Shown in pieces: positions 1 to 8,065 of a DNA stretch of 64,000 nucleotides. Below the pieces are notes generated by a model. The model was not told the origin of the DNA. It searched no databases and saw nothing but the letters and a program-made list of their open reading frames with translations. The translations under genes were made by a program, and so were the position numbers. Source of the stretch: Chloroflexia bacterium (GTDB taxonomy: Bacteria > Chloroflexota > Chloroflexia > QHBQ01 > JADMIH01); the NCBI GenBank assembly GCA_036386675.1, contig DASVVE010000016.1, positions 122,561 to 186,560 on the forward strand. Reading direction: 5' to 3'. Each line of letters starts with the position of its first letter. The stretch's first letter is position 1.

Positions 1-305
1 GTGTTCTGGCAGGAGGCGTTCCTCAACGTGCTAAACCCCAGGACGGCCCTTTTCTTCTTCGCCTTCCTGCCCAGTTTGTAGACCCCTCCCGCGGCTCGGT
101 GGCTTTGCAAGTCCTGGTATTCGGCCTGGTCCTCGCCGTCATGCGAACCGTCAGCGCTAGTCTCTACGCGCTCCTGGCCGGGGCGCTGGGCACGTGGCTC
201 CGGGGCAATACGCGCTTCCTACAAGTTCAGCGTTATACCACCGGGGGAGTGTACATCGCACTCGGTCAGACCGCCGCAATCGCCAGCCAGGGTAAAGGCA
301 AGTAG
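1..305 (+). pseudogene. LysE/RhtB-family amino-acid exporter, 3' part, with an apparent -1 frameshift in a C-run. Frame 1 reads ...NPRTALFFFAFLPSL* and frame 3 continues ...QFVDPSRGSVALQVLVFGL... to the stop at 305.
   Basis: The LysE family motif NPKxxLFFxAFLPQFVDP is split between frame 1 (1-81, stop tag at 79-81) and frame 3 (ORF 99-305). Inserting one C at ~70-75 (ccc->cccc) restores AFLPQFVDPS. Confidence 0.6.
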
Positions 306-312
306 CCTGGTA

Positions 313-801
313 TCAGGTGCCGGCGCGGTCATTCCGCCTGTGAGTCTCTATTTCAGCCAGCAAGCCAGTATTACGCTCTATGAGGTCGTTAGCGATCCGG
401 CGGAACATTTCTCGGCGGTTGGCTTCGTCCTTGATGCTGGATGGGTCCGGGTAGCTCCAGTGGAGGTGCGCCGGTTTGCCTGGAAAGACGGGGCACGCCT
501 CCCGCGCCTGGTCGCAGACCGTCACAATGTAGTCGAAGTCTTGCCCGAGGAACTCCTTCAGGTGCTTTGACGTGAGTCCCTCCGTGCTGATGCCCAGGCT
601 CTCTAGCGTGCGTACAGCTTCAGGGTGCACGCGTCCCGGCTCGCTGCCCGCGCTGTAAGCCCTCACTCTGTCACCAGCCATGTGCCGCAGGGTCGCCTCG
701 GCCAATTGCGACCGCGCGCTGTTGTGGGTGCAAAGGAAGAGCACTGTGGCGGGGGCCTCTCCGTCCGCTGATTGCTTGTTCTGGTCCGCGTTCCTGTTCA
801 T
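313..801 (-). CDS. arsC: Arsenate reductase, LMW-PTP family, thioredoxin-coupled type
   Basis: P-loop CTHNSARS (C-x5-R) and the Cys pair CDQAREAC typical of Trx-dependent ArsC. 162 aa. Confidence 0.8.
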   Translation of the reverse strand: MNRNADQNKQSADGEAPATVLFLCTHNSARSQLAEATLRHMAGDRVRAYSAGSEPGRVHPEAVRTLESLGISTEGLTSKHLKEFLGQDFDYIVTVCDQAREACPVFPGKPAHLHWSYPDPSSIKDEANRREMFRRIANDLIERNTGLLAEIETHRRNDRAGT

Positions 802-1010
802 GTTGTAGGTCCTCTATGTGCTTTCTCTGCTTATCATCTTGGTCTAAGCCAAATTATCGTGCCTTTCCCGCGCCATTATAGGGTCGGCTCTTGCGAGGGT
901 CAAGGTAGCCTTTCCGGCCTCTTTGTACCTGGTCTCACTTTGCCTAAGACCTATTGACGAGCTAAATAAATTGTGTTACTATTTAGCCAGCTAAGTATAT
1001 TGGGTGGAAG

Positions 1011-1439
1011 ATGAAACAGTTCGAGGACAAAGTAGGGTACCTGCTCGTGCAGGTGTGCAAGGCCCACAGGCAATGCGCCGGTGTGGCCCTCAACGAGCAT
1101 GGCGTGCATGTAGGGCAGGAAATGATCCTCATGCAGCTTTATTGCCAGGAGGGCGTGCCGCAGTCCCAGCTTGTGGAGGCGCTTGGGGTGGGGCCTCCAA
1201 CGGTGACCAAGATGCTGCAACGAATGGAGGCAGCAGGGTTGGTCGAACGCAGGGTGGACCCCTACGACGCTCGCGTGTCGCTGGTCTACCTGACGGAACA
1301 GGGCAGGCAGACGGAGCCTCCCGTGATGCGCTCCTGGGAGCAACTGGAAGAGCGATTCGTCGCTGGCCTCACCGACATGGAGAAGGCCTTGCTGCGCCGT
1401 CTGCTGATGCAGGTCCTGAACAACCTCAACTCACAATAA
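1011..1439 (+). CDS. MarR-family transcriptional regulator
   Basis: 142 aa with a winged-helix MarR-like pattern (QSQLVEALGVGPPTVTKMLQRMEAAGLVERRVDP.DAR). Divergent from arsC. Confidence 0.8.
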   Translation: MKQFEDKVGYLLVQVCKAHRQCAGVALNEHGVHVGQEMILMQLYCQEGVPQSQLVEALGVGPPTVTKMLQRMEAAGLVERRVDPYDARVSLVYLTEQGRQTEPPVMRSWEQLEERFVAGLTDMEKALLRRLLMQVLNNLNSQ

Positions 1440-1534
1440 CATACCGACACTCCCTCGCGGAAGGCAAACCCGCGGGGGCTTCTTATTACTTTATAGTTTG
1501 CCGACTAAGCAATCTACAGCAAGGAGAACGCGAA

Positions 1535-1978
1535 ATGGCAACTCAAAATATGACCCTGGACAGGCAGACATACTCAATAGCGGATATATTCAAGGCGGCT
1601 CTGGTGGCGGTGGCGGCCGGTTCGGTGGCAAACATAGTGTTGTGGCTGCTGGCGGTTGGGGTGGGGCTGGTGCCCGGCGACTTCTGGGTGTTGCAGCCGG
1701 TCTCAATCATCACCTCGACGCTGGCATTCACTTTGGTTGGTGCGGTCGTGCTAGCGGTGCTGACACGGGTCAGCCGCAACCCGATGCGCACCTGGCGGGT
1801 AGTAGCGGTAGTGGGGCTGGTCCTATCCTTCTCCAAACCCTTCATGCTTCTCACAGGCAGCATGAAGGGCTTCCCGGTGCCTACCGCCTCGACTGTGGCG
1901 GTCATGCTCCTCATGCACACGATAGCGGGGATTTCGGCTATCTACTTCATGACCACCATGCCGAAGCCACGAAGCTAG
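1535..1978 (+). CDS. Small integral membrane protein (~147 aa, 4 predicted TM), unknown function
   Basis: ATG at 1535 preceded by aaggagaac. Hydrophobic segments ALVAVAAGSVANIVLWLLAVGVGLV and AFTLVGAVVLAVL. Shares the reading frame with the spurious longer ORF 1004-1978. Confidence 0.5.
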   Translation: MATQNMTLDRQTYSIADIFKAALVAVAAGSVANIVLWLLAVGVGLVPGDFWVLQPVSIITSTLAFTLVGAVVLAVLTRVSRNPMRTWRVVAVVGLVLSFSKPFMLLTGSMKGFPVPTASTVAVMLLMHTIAGISAIYFMTTMPKPRS

Positions 1979-2313
1979 GTCTTGGGGTCGTAACACCACA
2001 CAGATACGAAGCTGGCGAATTGCACCGCAGAGACGCAGAGAGCCTGCCCTGAGCGTAGCCGAAGCGCCGCGGAGATTACGCAGAGGAGAATTGTGGGGGT
2101 TCTTTGTAAGGGCAGCATCGTGCAGTACGATGCTGCCCTCGTTCACATCCAAACAACCCCCATCTCAGCGTACCCTTTGCGCTCTCTGCGTCTCTGCGGT
2201 GAATAATCTATTCCAGTGTGTCCATGCCAACCTATTAGATTTGCTGACACGTGTTGGCCCAGCATGTATAATAGGGCGGCATGCAGGGTACGTACTAATG
2301 GAGGCTTGAACCC

Positions 2314-2829
2314 TTGGACGTCGCTTCAGTTGTGATACGTGAAGCCCGCATCTCAGACGCCGCCGGGTGCATCACTTTCTTGCGCGAGATTACTTCCGAG
2401 CCTGACATCATGATCCCCGGCTACCCTGACGATTGGGACTTTCCGGTGCAGGATGAAGAGGCTTTTATCCAGGACATGGTGGCTACGCCCAATTGCCTGA
2501 TGCTGGTCGTGGAAGCCGAGGGGAGGATAATGGGCATCCTGACCTGTCACGGCGGCAAGCGGCGCGCTATGCAACATGCAGTGATGCTGGGTGTCTCGCT
2601 ACACAAGGACTACCGCGACCGTGGACTGGGCCACCAATTGATGCAACGAGCCATAGATTGGGCCAGGGCTACCGGCATCACACGTATCGAGCTATTTGTC
2701 TATGTAGAAAACGCAAAGGGCATCCACCTGTATGAGAAGTTCGGCTTCAAGATCGAGGGCCGCCGCACCCGCGCCTACTACCACCATGGCAGGTATATAG
2801 ACGACCTAATTATGGCGCTGTTGCTTTAG
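2314..2829 (+). CDS. GNAT-family N-acetyltransferase
   Basis: 171 aa with acetyl-CoA binding-like motifs (HQLMQRAIDWARATGITRIELFV...NAKGIHLYEKFGF). TTG start; an alternative GTG lies ~18 nt downstream. Confidence 0.75.
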   Translation: MDVASVVIREARISDAAGCITFLREITSEPDIMIPGYPDDWDFPVQDEEAFIQDMVATPNCLMLVVEAEGRIMGILTCHGGKRRAMQHAVMLGVSLHKDYRDRGLGHQLMQRAIDWARATGITRIELFVYVENAKGIHLYEKFGFKIEGRRTRAYYHHGRYIDDLIMALLL

Positions 2830-2978
2830 ACGATGGACGATAGACGATGGACTATGGCAGACGAAAACGCAAAGACGCAAAGAACTCAAAGGACGCGCAA
2901 AGTAGATTACTGTTGGGAAGGGTGCTGACCTCTACTCAGTCCTCAGTCCTGTCGTCCATCGTCCATCGTCCATCGTCC
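2829..2978. repeat. Modular palindromic tandem-repeat element (copy E1): [GACGATrGAC]n-[ACGCAAAG]n-conserved core-[CAGTCCT]n-[GTCCATCGTC]n
   Basis: gacgatggacgatagacgatggac...cgcaaagacgcaaag...tagattactgttgggaagggtgctgacctctactcagtcctcagtcct...gtcgtccatcgtccatcgtccatcgtcc. Lies between the GNAT stop and the plsX RBS. Confidence 0.85.
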
Positions 2979-2996
2979 CCAAAGGAGACTTACTAG

Positions 2997-3998
2997 ATGA
3001 GAATTGCCCTGGATGCAATGGGGGGCGACCACGCCCCGCTTGAGACAGTGAAGGGAGCCATCGAGGCGGCGCGGGAGTACGGCATCGAGGTGGTGCTGGT
3101 GGGGCAGGAGGCTGCTATCCAGGCTGAGCTTGCTAAGGGCGGTACGTCGGGTCTCAAGCTCACGATTGAGCCTGCCGCCTCCGTCATCCCGATGGACGAG
3201 CACCAGCCCTCTACGGCGTGGCGGCGGCAGCGCGATTCGTCCCTCACCGTCGGCTTGCAGTTGCTGGCCGACCGCAAGGTGGACGCGTTCGTGTCGGCGG
3301 GCAACACCGGCGCTGTGGTGTCAGGTGGGACGTTCGTGCTGCGGCGCATCGAGGGCATAGACCGCCCTGCATTGGGGGTGCCGTTCCCCGCGATGGGTAA
3401 CATAGGCAAAATATTCCTCGTAGACGTGGGGGCCACACCTGACGCCAAGGCTCACTACCTGCTACAGTGGGCGCGTCTCGCTTCAATCTACATGGAGCGC
3501 GTGTACGACGTGAAGAACCCGCGCGTGGGCCTTGTATCTAACGGTGAGGAGGAGATCAAAGGCTCGGAGCTGGTGCGCGAGACGTTTCCGCTGTTGCAGA
3601 ATAGCGGCCTCAACTTCGTGGGCAATGTGGAGGGCAAGGACGTGCCCAACGGCGTGGCCGACGTGGTGGTGACCGATGGCTTCACCGGCAACGTGCTCCT
3701 TAAGACCACTGAGGGTGTCGCCAAGATGATCTTCGACCTGCTCCGCGCCGAACTGACTTCCAGCATGGTGAGCAAGCTGTTCGCCGCCGCCCTGCGCCCC
3801 AACTTCCGCCGTATAGCCGCCCGCCTGGACTACGCTGAATATGGCGGCTCAATAGTGATGGGTGTGGACGGTCTGCTCATCAAGCCGCACGGCCGCTCCA
3901 ACGCCAAGGCGATCAAGAACGCCATCCGGGTAGCCAAGAGCGGGGTCGAGCAGGATGTGATGAGCATCTTCCGCCAGGTGGGGGCGGCTGGACAATAG
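2997..3998 (+). CDS. plsX: Phosphate acyltransferase PlsX
   Basis: MRIALDAMGGDHAP... N-terminus and PlsX-typical GNTGA and FTGNV regions. RBS aaaggagac upstream. Confidence 0.9.
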   Translation: MRIALDAMGGDHAPLETVKGAIEAAREYGIEVVLVGQEAAIQAELAKGGTSGLKLTIEPAASVIPMDEHQPSTAWRRQRDSSLTVGLQLLADRKVDAFVSAGNTGAVVSGGTFVLRRIEGIDRPALGVPFPAMGNIGKIFLVDVGATPDAKAHYLLQWARLASIYMERVYDVKNPRVGLVSNGEEEIKGSELVRETFPLLQNSGLNFVGNVEGKDVPNGVADVVVTDGFTGNVLLKTTEGVAKMIFDLLRAELTSSMVSKLFAAALRPNFRRIAARLDYAEYGGSIVMGVDGLLIKPHGRSNAKAIKNAIRVAKSGVEQDVMSIFRQVGAAGQ

Positions 3999-4194
3999 AC
4001 GATGGACGATGGACGATAGTAGGAGAGACGGAACCGCCAAGACGCCAAGGACGCCAAGGACGCCAAGAACCCGCCAAGGTTTAGAATTGTTGTTGCGAAG
4101 AGTGCTAACAGCTACTCAGTCCTCCTCACTCCTCACTCCTCACTCCTCACTCCTATCGTCCATCGTCCATCGTCCATCGTCCATCGTCCATCGT
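3999..4194. repeat. Modular palindromic tandem-repeat element (copy E2), same family as E1
   Basis: (gacgatggac)x3 - (gacgccaagg)x4 - tttagaattgttgttgcgaagagtgctaacagctactcagtcctc - (ctcactcct)x4 - (atcgtccatc)x4. Sits between convergent plsX and the methyltransferase gene. Confidence 0.85.
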
Positions 4195-4201
4195 CTGCCC
4201 T

Positions 4202-5044
4202 CTATCGTTCTCGCCGCACAACGGCGATGATGTGCGTGCCTCCGTCTAGCGCGCCCGGCTCCTTGCAGTAGTCTAGCTCCCATGCGAGGAGAGTCTGCCA
4301 TAGTTGGGGATCGGACCTGGCCTGTTGCGCGGTCTCTTTGTTGTGGAGTGACAGGTAGTTGGAGGCCGAGGCGGCTACTATCTCACAGTGGTGCGCCCGC
4401 AGCAAGGCTTCTAGCTCGGACCACCTGAACATGTGGCAATAGTGCCCACCCGCGATCTCGCCGTAGAGGTCCCCGGTGCTATTTACGCGATTCGCAGCCT
4501 CTAGCCCGAATTCCTCGGTTGCTTTGAACACGCCTGCTAAGAAGGCGTTTGTAGAGCCTATCATCGACATCACGCTGAGCAGCACGTAACCGCCTGGTTT
4601 GGTGACCCGCAACAGTTCCTCCAACGCCTGTCCCGCCCTATCGAACACGTAGCTGAGCGCGCCGCCATAGCAGACCGCCGCGTCAAATGTGCCGTCGGCT
4701 ATGGCTGACAGGTCGGTGACGTCCATCACCTGCCGGGCGACCACGGAGCCTTCAAGCCCTGCTTCCTCCAGCCTCCGGCGGTTCATCTCAAGCTGCACGG
4801 GCGATATATCCCCGACCGTTACGCGAGCACCTATCCCGGCCATCTCGATTGTGAAACGTCCGGGTCCTGCACCAACGTCGAGGACATGGTCGCCGGGCTG
4901 TATGAAGCGGCGCAGGTAGTGCGTGTGCAGGTGCAGGTTGACGAGGTTGGCAGCACCCGCCTCCTGCTCGAAGCGCTGCCACTCACGCTCGCCGTAGTTG
5001 TCGTAGAAGCGGCTGATGTAGTTGGGGTCGTACTTCTTGGTCAT
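4202..5044 (-). CDS. Class I SAM-dependent methyltransferase
   Basis: Motif I VLDVGAGPGRFT and a Rossmann-fold MTase pattern. 280 aa. Confidence 0.75.
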   Translation of the reverse strand: MTKKYDPNYISRFYDNYGEREWQRFEQEAGAANLVNLHLHTHYLRRFIQPGDHVLDVGAGPGRFTIEMAGIGARVTVGDISPVQLEMNRRRLEEAGLEGSVVARQVMDVTDLSAIADGTFDAAVCYGGALSYVFDRAGQALEELLRVTKPGGYVLLSVMSMIGSTNAFLAGVFKATEEFGLEAANRVNSTGDLYGEIAGGHYCHMFRWSELEALLRAHHCEIVAASASNYLSLHNKETAQQARSDPQLWQTLLAWELDYCKEPGALDGGTHIIAVVRRER

Positions 5045-5054
5045 GTGGTTTGAG

Positions 5055-5453
5055 TTATTGGGCTTGCGCCCTGGAGGGCATGCGGTGGGTGGAGGCGGCT
5101 TCTAGCAGGTGGCGCACGGCTGGGCGGGTGAGGTCTTCAGGCGTCGTTATCTTCAGGTGTCGGAACAGCTTGCCGGTGCCTTGCAAAAGTCCGTCGGGGT
5201 CGGGTAGCTCGCTCCCGTAGTTGAAGCCGAGGTCTATGTGGTTCTTGTGCACGCTGATGTAGCAGAAGTGCTCGGTCATCTTCTTCGGCCCCACGCCGTA
5301 GCCCGCGATCCGCTGGCGGGGCCAGGGCACCTCAACGATGTCCGGCATTACGTCTCTGATCAACTCCCTCGCTTGCAACGCAAGGTCTCGCACCTTCGGG
5401 GTGGCAGAGGCCAGGATTTCGTTGAAGCCCTCATCGGGTGATGCGTAGCTCAT
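5055..5453 (-). CDS. DUF1801 (YdhG-like) domain protein
   Basis: 132 aa with overall similarity to DUF1801 proteins. This is a family-level guess. Confidence 0.45.
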   Translation of the reverse strand: MSYASPDEGFNEILASATPKVRDLALQARELIRDVMPDIVEVPWPRQRIAGYGVGPKKMTEHFCYISVHKNHIDLGFNYGSELPDPDGLLQGTGKLFRHLKITTPEDLTRPAVRHLLEAASTHRMPSRAQAQ

Positions 5454-5576
5454 GTTTGTTTCCTCCTTAGCCCACGTTTGGCATGAACTTGTGTCCCATT
5501 ATAGGGGCTACTTGCCACTAACGACTACGAAATGCTACCTGCACCCAGTAAAGTAGGGAGCCTGAACTACAGGCAC

Positions 5577-5742
5577 CACACTCCCCCGTGTCATCCTGAG
5601 CGCAGCGAAGGATCTCAAATGCTCCTCTTGTCGTTGCGGTGAACCCACAGCACCCTACCTTTTTTGCTCAAAGTTCAACAGCCTCCCTACTCAGCTTCTT
5701 GAGATCCTTCGCTGCGCTCAGGATGACACGGGGGAGTGTGGT
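5577..5742. repeat. MITE-like palindrome: 43-bp perfect terminal inverted repeats (ccacactcccccgtgtcatcctgagcgcagcgaaggatctcaa) around an ~80-bp spacer
   Basis: The left arm 5577-5619 is the exact reverse complement of the right arm 5700-5742. Located immediately upstream of the wecB-like gene. Confidence 0.85.
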
Positions 5743-5850
5743 CCCACTGGTCCCGCTTTGACACAGCCGTGGCTATCACCTGTGCTGCTTTGCCTGCATC
5801 GCTTCCGGGGTGTTATAATAGCCGTTGGCTCTCGAGGAGCCTGCTCAACC

Positions 5851-6912
5851 ATGAAGATACTCTCTGTTGTAGGCGCACGGCCGCAATTTATCAAGGCTGC
5901 TCCCGTGAGCCGGGCTATGTCGAGGGCAGGCGTCGAAGAAGTGCTCTTGCATACGGGGCAACACTACGACCCCGCGATGTCCGAGGTCTTTTTCGCGGAG
6001 CTGGACATTCCCGCGCCACGGCACAACCTGGGGGTAGGTTCTGGCTCGCACGCGGGCCAGACCGCTGCTATGCTTGTGGGCATCGAGCAGGTGCTGCTGG
6101 AAGAACGGCCCGATTACCTGCTGATATACGGCGACACCAACTCCACGCTGGCCGGGGCGCTGTCGGCAGCCAAGCTGGGCGTGCCGGTGGCCCACATCGA
6201 GGCGGGGTTGCGCTCCTACAACCGCGCTATGCCGGAGGAGATCAACCGCGTGGTGGCCGACAGCCTATCCAGCCTGCTCTTCTGCCCGACGGCTGCAGCT
6301 TCGGCCAATCTGCAACGCGAAGGCATCACGGGCGGTGTGTTCGTGATCGGTGACGTGATGTACGACGCCATACTCGACTCTCTGCCACGTGCCGAGGACA
6401 TGGCGTCCTCGCTCCTGTCGCGGATTGGAGTGGAGAGCGGTGGGTACTTGCTGGCGACGGTGCACCGGGCGTCCAACACCGACGACCCACGCAACCTGGC
6501 TAACATAGTAGGGGCGCTGAGCGACTCCGGCATGCCTGTGGTCTTCCCGGTACACCCACGCACCCGGAGGGCGCTGGAACAGGCGGGCGTCGTCCCCGGC
6601 GAAAACGTGCGGCAGGTGGAGCCGGTGTCCTACCTTGAGATGGTGGCGCTGGAAAAGCACGCCCGCAAGATACTCACCGACTCGGGAGGCGTGCAAAAGG
6701 AGGCGATGTGGCTGGCGGTGCCCTGCATCACCATGCGCGACGAGACCGAATGGGTGGAAACGGTGGAGCTGGGTTGGAATACCCTCACCGGCACCGACCC
6801 CGCCCGCATACGAGCCGCCATACAAGCCCCGCGTATCCATTCCACCCCACCCGACGTGTATGGTGATGGACACGCGGCAGAGAATATCGTGAATGTGATA
6901 TGTAACACGTAA
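5851..6912 (+). CDS. UDP-N-acetylglucosamine 2-epimerase (non-hydrolysing), WecB/MnaA family
   Basis: MKILSVVGARPQFIKAAPV...HTGQHYD...GDTNSTLAGALSAAKLGVPVAHIEAGLRS. The ORF-track start at 5758 is upstream of the true ATG at 5851. Confidence 0.85.
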   Translation: MKILSVVGARPQFIKAAPVSRAMSRAGVEEVLLHTGQHYDPAMSEVFFAELDIPAPRHNLGVGSGSHAGQTAAMLVGIEQVLLEERPDYLLIYGDTNSTLAGALSAAKLGVPVAHIEAGLRSYNRAMPEEINRVVADSLSSLLFCPTAAASANLQREGITGGVFVIGDVMYDAILDSLPRAEDMASSLLSRIGVESGGYLLATVHRASNTDDPRNLANIVGALSDSGMPVVFPVHPRTRRALEQAGVVPGENVRQVEPVSYLEMVALEKHARKILTDSGGVQKEAMWLAVPCITMRDETEWVETVELGWNTLTGTDPARIRAAIQAPRIHSTPPDVYGDGHAAENIVNVICNT

Positions 6913-6965
6913 CGCGTAACAGACGGGTGCCATTTACGACTTACGAGTTACGTGTTACGAGTCAC
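6901..6965. repeat. Short palindromic element built of CGTAAC/GTTACG repeats, overlapping the last codons of wecB
   Basis: tgtaacacgtaacgcgtaac...ttacgagttacgtgttacgagtcac. The wecB stop taa (6910-6912) lies inside the left arm. Confidence 0.7.
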
Positions 6966-6983
6966 CAAGGAAGGAAACAAGCC

Positions 6984-8063
6984 ATGATTAACATAGCCCG
7001 GCCCATGATAGGGGAGGAGGAGAAGGCGGCGGTGCTTGCCGTGCTCGAGTCGGGGCAACTCGCCCAGGGGGGCGTAGTGGCCGAGTTCGAGCGGGCCTTT
7101 GCCGACTATTGCGGCGTCAAGCACGCGATTGCCACGAGCAACGGCACTACCGCCCTGCACGTGGCCCTTCTCGCCCATGACATAGGGCCGGGAGATGAAG
7201 TAATTACGGTGCCGTTCACCTTCATCGCCTCGGCTAACTCCGTGCTCTACACCGGGGCGAAGCCTGTGTTCGTAGACATTGAGCCGGACAGCTTCAACAT
7301 CGACGTGGACCAGGTTGAGGCGGCGATTACCCCTCGCACGAAGGCCATCATGCCGGTGCATTTGTACGGTAATATAGCCGAGATGTCGCGCCTTATGGAG
7401 ATAGCAGAGCGGCACGGCCTTGTCGTGATCGAAGATGCCGCCCAGGCGCATGGGGCCGAAGATGGTGGAAAGCGGGCCGGTAGCTGGGGCACGGGCTGCT
7501 TTTCTTTCTACCCGACTAAGAACATCACCACCGGCGAGGGTGGGATGATTACCACCGACGACGACTGCGTAGCCGACAAGGCCCGGCTGGTGCGCGGACA
7601 TGGCATGCGCGTGCGCTACTACCACGAGATGCTGGGCTTCAACTTCCGCATGACCAACATCCACGCCGCGATAGGCATGGCACAACTCCCCAAGCTCGAA
7701 GGCTTCAACGCTCGCCGCATCGAGAACGCCGCGTATTTGAGCGAGCACCTGCCTTCCGACAAGGTGCGCGTGCCCACGGTCCGGCCCGGCACGCGCCACG
7801 TCTTCCACCAGTACACGGTGCGCATACTTCCACCGCTGGACAGGGACGACGCCCGCAAGCAGCTTGCCGAGTCGGGAGTGGGCAGCGAAATCTACTACCC
7901 CGTGCCCGTCCACCGGCAGCAGTTCTACACGGAGCAGGGCGACTGGGGGAGTTTCCCTGTGTCGGAGCAGGCCTCTCAGGAGGTGCTGTCGCTCCCGATC
8001 CACCCAGGCCTCAGCCGCCAGGACCTTGAGACTATTGTAGATGCCGTGCGGGGCCTGGGCTAA
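6984..8063 (+). CDS. DegT/DnrJ/EryC1/StrS-family PLP-dependent sugar aminotransferase (WbpE/PglE-like)
   Basis: MINIARPMIGEEEKAAVLAVLESGQLAQGG...ATSNGTTALH. RBS aaggaagg. The ORF-track start at 6927 is not the real start. Confidence 0.85.
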   Translation: MINIARPMIGEEEKAAVLAVLESGQLAQGGVVAEFERAFADYCGVKHAIATSNGTTALHVALLAHDIGPGDEVITVPFTFIASANSVLYTGAKPVFVDIEPDSFNIDVDQVEAAITPRTKAIMPVHLYGNIAEMSRLMEIAERHGLVVIEDAAQAHGAEDGGKRAGSWGTGCFSFYPTKNITTGEGGMITTDDDCVADKARLVRGHGMRVRYYHEMLGFNFRMTNIHAAIGMAQLPKLEGFNARRIENAAYLSEHLPSDKVRVPTVRPGTRHVFHQYTVRILPPLDRDDARKQLAESGVGSEIYYPVPVHRQQFYTEQGDWGSFPVSEQASQEVLSLPIHPGLSRQDLETIVDAVRGLG

Positions 8064-8065
8064 CG

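Noticed and set aside
1004-1978. 324-aa ORF in the track spanning the MarR and small-membrane genes
   Set aside because: It is low-complexity (G/A/R-rich) and antisense/out-of-frame to a clear MarR gene. Its 3' third is in-frame with the small-membrane gene at 1535-1978, but the rest is spurious.
2829-4194. Tandem 10-bp repeat arrays could be mistaken for CRISPR repeats
   Set aside because: Units are 7-11 bp, directly abutting with no spacers, and arranged as inverted arms of a palindrome. No cas genes are nearby.
6948-8003. 351-aa minus-strand ORF opposite the aminotransferase gene (similar antisense ORFs at 10598-11350, 19135-19710, 6265-6933)
   Set aside because: These are Arg/His/Gly-rich translations typical of antisense frames in high-GC DNA. 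They are fully overlapped by well-supported genes on the other strand.
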